This document shows positions 62,325 to 64,000 of a stretch of DNA of 64,000 bases, one piece after another. The translations under genes were made by a program, and so were the position numbers. Each line of letters starts with the position of its first letter. Positions within the stretch are counted from its first letter, which is position 1. The notes below the pieces were generated by a model, which was not told where the DNA came from, searched no databases, and worked only from the letters and a program-made list of their open reading frames with translations. The stretch comes from an uncultured Pseudomonadota bacterium (GTDB lineage Bacteria > Oederibacteriota > Muellerivitia > Muellerivitales > Muellerivitaceae): the NCBI GenBank assembly GCA_963770835.1, contig CAVYRH010000003.1, positions 320,001 through 384,000 on the forward strand. Direction: 5' to 3'.

Positions 62325-63017
62325 ATGAAAGCTCGTTTTCTCGTCGCGGCGGTGATGGTCGTATGGCTGGGGCAACCCGTTTGGGCCCAGGAAACCATAC
62401 CTTCCGAGACGCCCACGCCCGCCATCCCCAAACCGGAGTCAATCCCGGTCAAGGAAAGGATTCCGGATGGCAGACGATTCGGCCTTCCGCGGCCGCCCTC
62501 CAAATACGTTGACGGAACTTCGATGGACCTTGAGATCGACGTGGACAATCCCCCTTTCGGCCCCGCGATCATGAACCTGGGTGAAACCTCCACCTTGGCC
62601 CAGGTTCCGACGGTCAATAAAAACGACAACTCTTCGGGAAAATACTATTGGCATCCCTTCGAGAGTTGGAACTATTGCCATTTTCCAACGGACAACCGCC
62701 ATTGGTACGGCTGGCGGACGGGGAATACCTTCCACTGGGTTTTATGGTGGCAAGGCCGCCTTTGGTGGCGGGATGACTACGCGGACCGGTGGCTTTATTT
62801 CAACAGGGGTTATTGGTGGTGGCAGAACCCCCGGAAGGGCGGAGGTTTCCAGGTTTTCCTGCCCGACGGGCATTACCACGTTTGCGACGCCAACGGCGCC
62901 TTGGGGGACGATTTAATGCGGACCGGCAAGGAAGAAGTGGTGACGGAGCCGGTTGCCAAGCCTAGCCCCAGCCCGACACCTGGCGGTAAACACGGTGGGC
63001 GCCACCACAGAAGCTAA
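62325..63017 (+). CDS. Exported Trp/Tyr-rich hypothetical protein
   Basis: Signal peptide ending VWA-Q; YYWH..WNYCH..HWYGW..FHW..WW..WW..RW..YWWWQNP. Confidence 0.7.
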   Translation: MKARFLVAAVMVVWLGQPVWAQETIPSETPTPAIPKPESIPVKERIPDGRRFGLPRPPSKYVDGTSMDLEIDVDNPPFGPAIMNLGETSTLAQVPTVNKNDNSSGKYYWHPFESWNYCHFPTDNRHWYGWRTGNTFHWVLWWQGRLWWRDDYADRWLYFNRGYWWWQNPRKGGGFQVFLPDGHYHVCDANGALGDDLMRTGKEEVVTEPVAKPSPSPTPGGKHGGRHHRS

Positions 63018-63091
63018 TCCGAGGGTGTATACAGGGCCAAACTGGCCGTCTGCATCCCGTGTACCGAATCAACTGGTCCGTACAACCATTC

Positions 63092-63298
63092 ATACCGTAC
63101 AAATACCATTTATACCGTCGCTAATACCATTTGTACCGCCATTAATACCGAGCTCATACCGTTCATACCGGGGCTAATACCGTTTATACAACCACTAATA
63201 CCGACTCATACCGCATTTATACCGGGTTCATACCGGACAAATACCATTTGTACCGCTGCTAATACCATTCATACCACCATTAATACCTAGCAAATACC
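63092..63298. repeat. Array of about 20 phased (A/G)TACC motifs
   Basis: TACC at 63093, 104, 113, 125, 134, 146, 157, 166, 178, 187 (TACA), 199, 209, 220, 231, 242, 251, 263, 272, 284, 295. Confidence 0.9.
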
Positions 63299-63341
63299 GG
63301 CCTGCACATGCCTGTCGCAAAAAGGATAGTGTGCAACCGAA

Positions 63342-63821
63342 GTGGTGTCGGGTGAGAATCTTAAAGGTGAAAAACTTACCGGCGGTGAAATAGCAGTTGC
63401 GGCACTAAGTGTGGTTCCTACCGAAGGCATTTTGGCAAAACTGGGAAGTTTAATTAAAGACCTTCCCTTGGTTGGGAAGTTGTTTTTAAAAGAGGGAGGC
63501 TTAGAAGCCAAGAGTGCAATTGCGAGTGTAAAACTTAAAAATCAGTTAGTAGCGGCAGAAATAGCTGGTGGGCATGCGTTCAAAGACCACGTTGCCCAAT
63601 TCAGTCACCTTGGTGTAAACACGAGGGAAGAATTTGCAGCTCATATAGAAGGTGTGATTAATAATCCCACAGAAGTTAAGTCGCTTGCAAATGGTAGAAC
63701 AGCATATTTTGACTCGAATACTGGAACTGTAGTTATCAGAAATCCCAATGCGGGACAGGAAGGAACTGCGTTTATTCCAGATCGTGTTACTCCAAAGGAA
63801 TATTTTAATGGCTTACATTGA
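63342..63821 (+). CDS. Orphan polymorphic toxin C-terminal module (pre-toxin TG-like stub plus putative RNase)
   Basis: EVVSGENLKGEKLT..E.AVAA.SVVP stub; GGHAFKDHV..F...TREEFA.HIE.V.NNP...L.NGR.AY.D..TGTVVIRNP....GTAF.P; low GC. Confidence 0.7.
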   Translation: MVSGENLKGEKLTGGEIAVAALSVVPTEGILAKLGSLIKDLPLVGKLFLKEGGLEAKSAIASVKLKNQLVAAEIAGGHAFKDHVAQFSHLGVNTREEFAAHIEGVINNPTEVKSLANGRTAYFDSNTGTVVIRNPNAGQEGTAFIPDRVTPKEYFNGLH

Positions 63822-64000
63822 TCGTGCTGGCGATGAAGGAGGTCGTTTGACGGAAACGGAAGCCGGGATTATTAAGGAATGTCTTATAGCTGCTGTCAAA
63901 GGGCCTTTTTTTCCGGAGTATGTGTTTCAAACTATTATTGGTTGGGACCGTGTAGAAGTTGATTCGGTACTTCGTCAGTGGCCGCAAAATAGTAATGATC
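63808..64000 (+). CDS. Putative cognate immunity protein (3'-truncated by the window edge)
   Basis: AAAGGA RBS and an ATG overlapping the toxin end by 14 nt. MAYIDRAGDEGGRLTETEAGIIKECLIAAVKGPFFPEYVFQTIIGWDRVEVDSVLRQWP... is open to the window end and is not in the ORF track. Confidence 0.65.
   Translation, partial: MAYIDRAGDEGGRLTETEAGIIKECLIAAVKGPFFPEYVFQTIIGWDRVEVDSVLRQWPQNSND

Noticed and set aside
63092..63298. CRISPR array interpretation of the TACC repeats
   Set aside because: The core is only 5 bp with 4-7 bp linkers, and no cas genes are present.
63303..63337. Possible IS end or hairpin (TGCACA...TGTGCA, CTGTCGCAAAAAG) between the array and the toxin
   Set aside because: Imperfect and short, with no partner end or transposase visible.

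Overview
Bacterial chromosomal window with about 55 CDS, 2 tRNAs and no CRISPR array, rRNA, integrase or intact transposase. Core genes include gltX, rnj, trxB, glpD, tig-clpP-clpX, serA, pepA, ychF and serC. Signalling genes include a fused RsbW-like kinase/PP2C/HTH protein with a STAS partner, PilZ proteins, an MCP and an ECF sigma cluster. Envelope and secreted proteins include a PorV-like barrel and Thr/Pro-rich proteins with T9SS-like C-terminal domains, one of them a 1596-aa expansin-headed protein. Several intergenic gaps are eroded gene relics: a lipase maturation factor gene, an EAL-associated sensor domain and a chimera of two glycosyltransferase ends. The right third is more GC-rich and mosaic. 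It carries REP-like palindromes, a vapBC pair bracketed by two diverged copies of a gene end, a tRNA-like remnant, and at the far end a helically phased array of about 20 (A/G)TACC motifs directly upstream of an orphan polymorphic toxin-immunity pair. A perfect Rex-box palindrome lies just downstream of the promoter of the aminotransferase-serA operon. All family calls come from motif recognition by eye; no database search was run.
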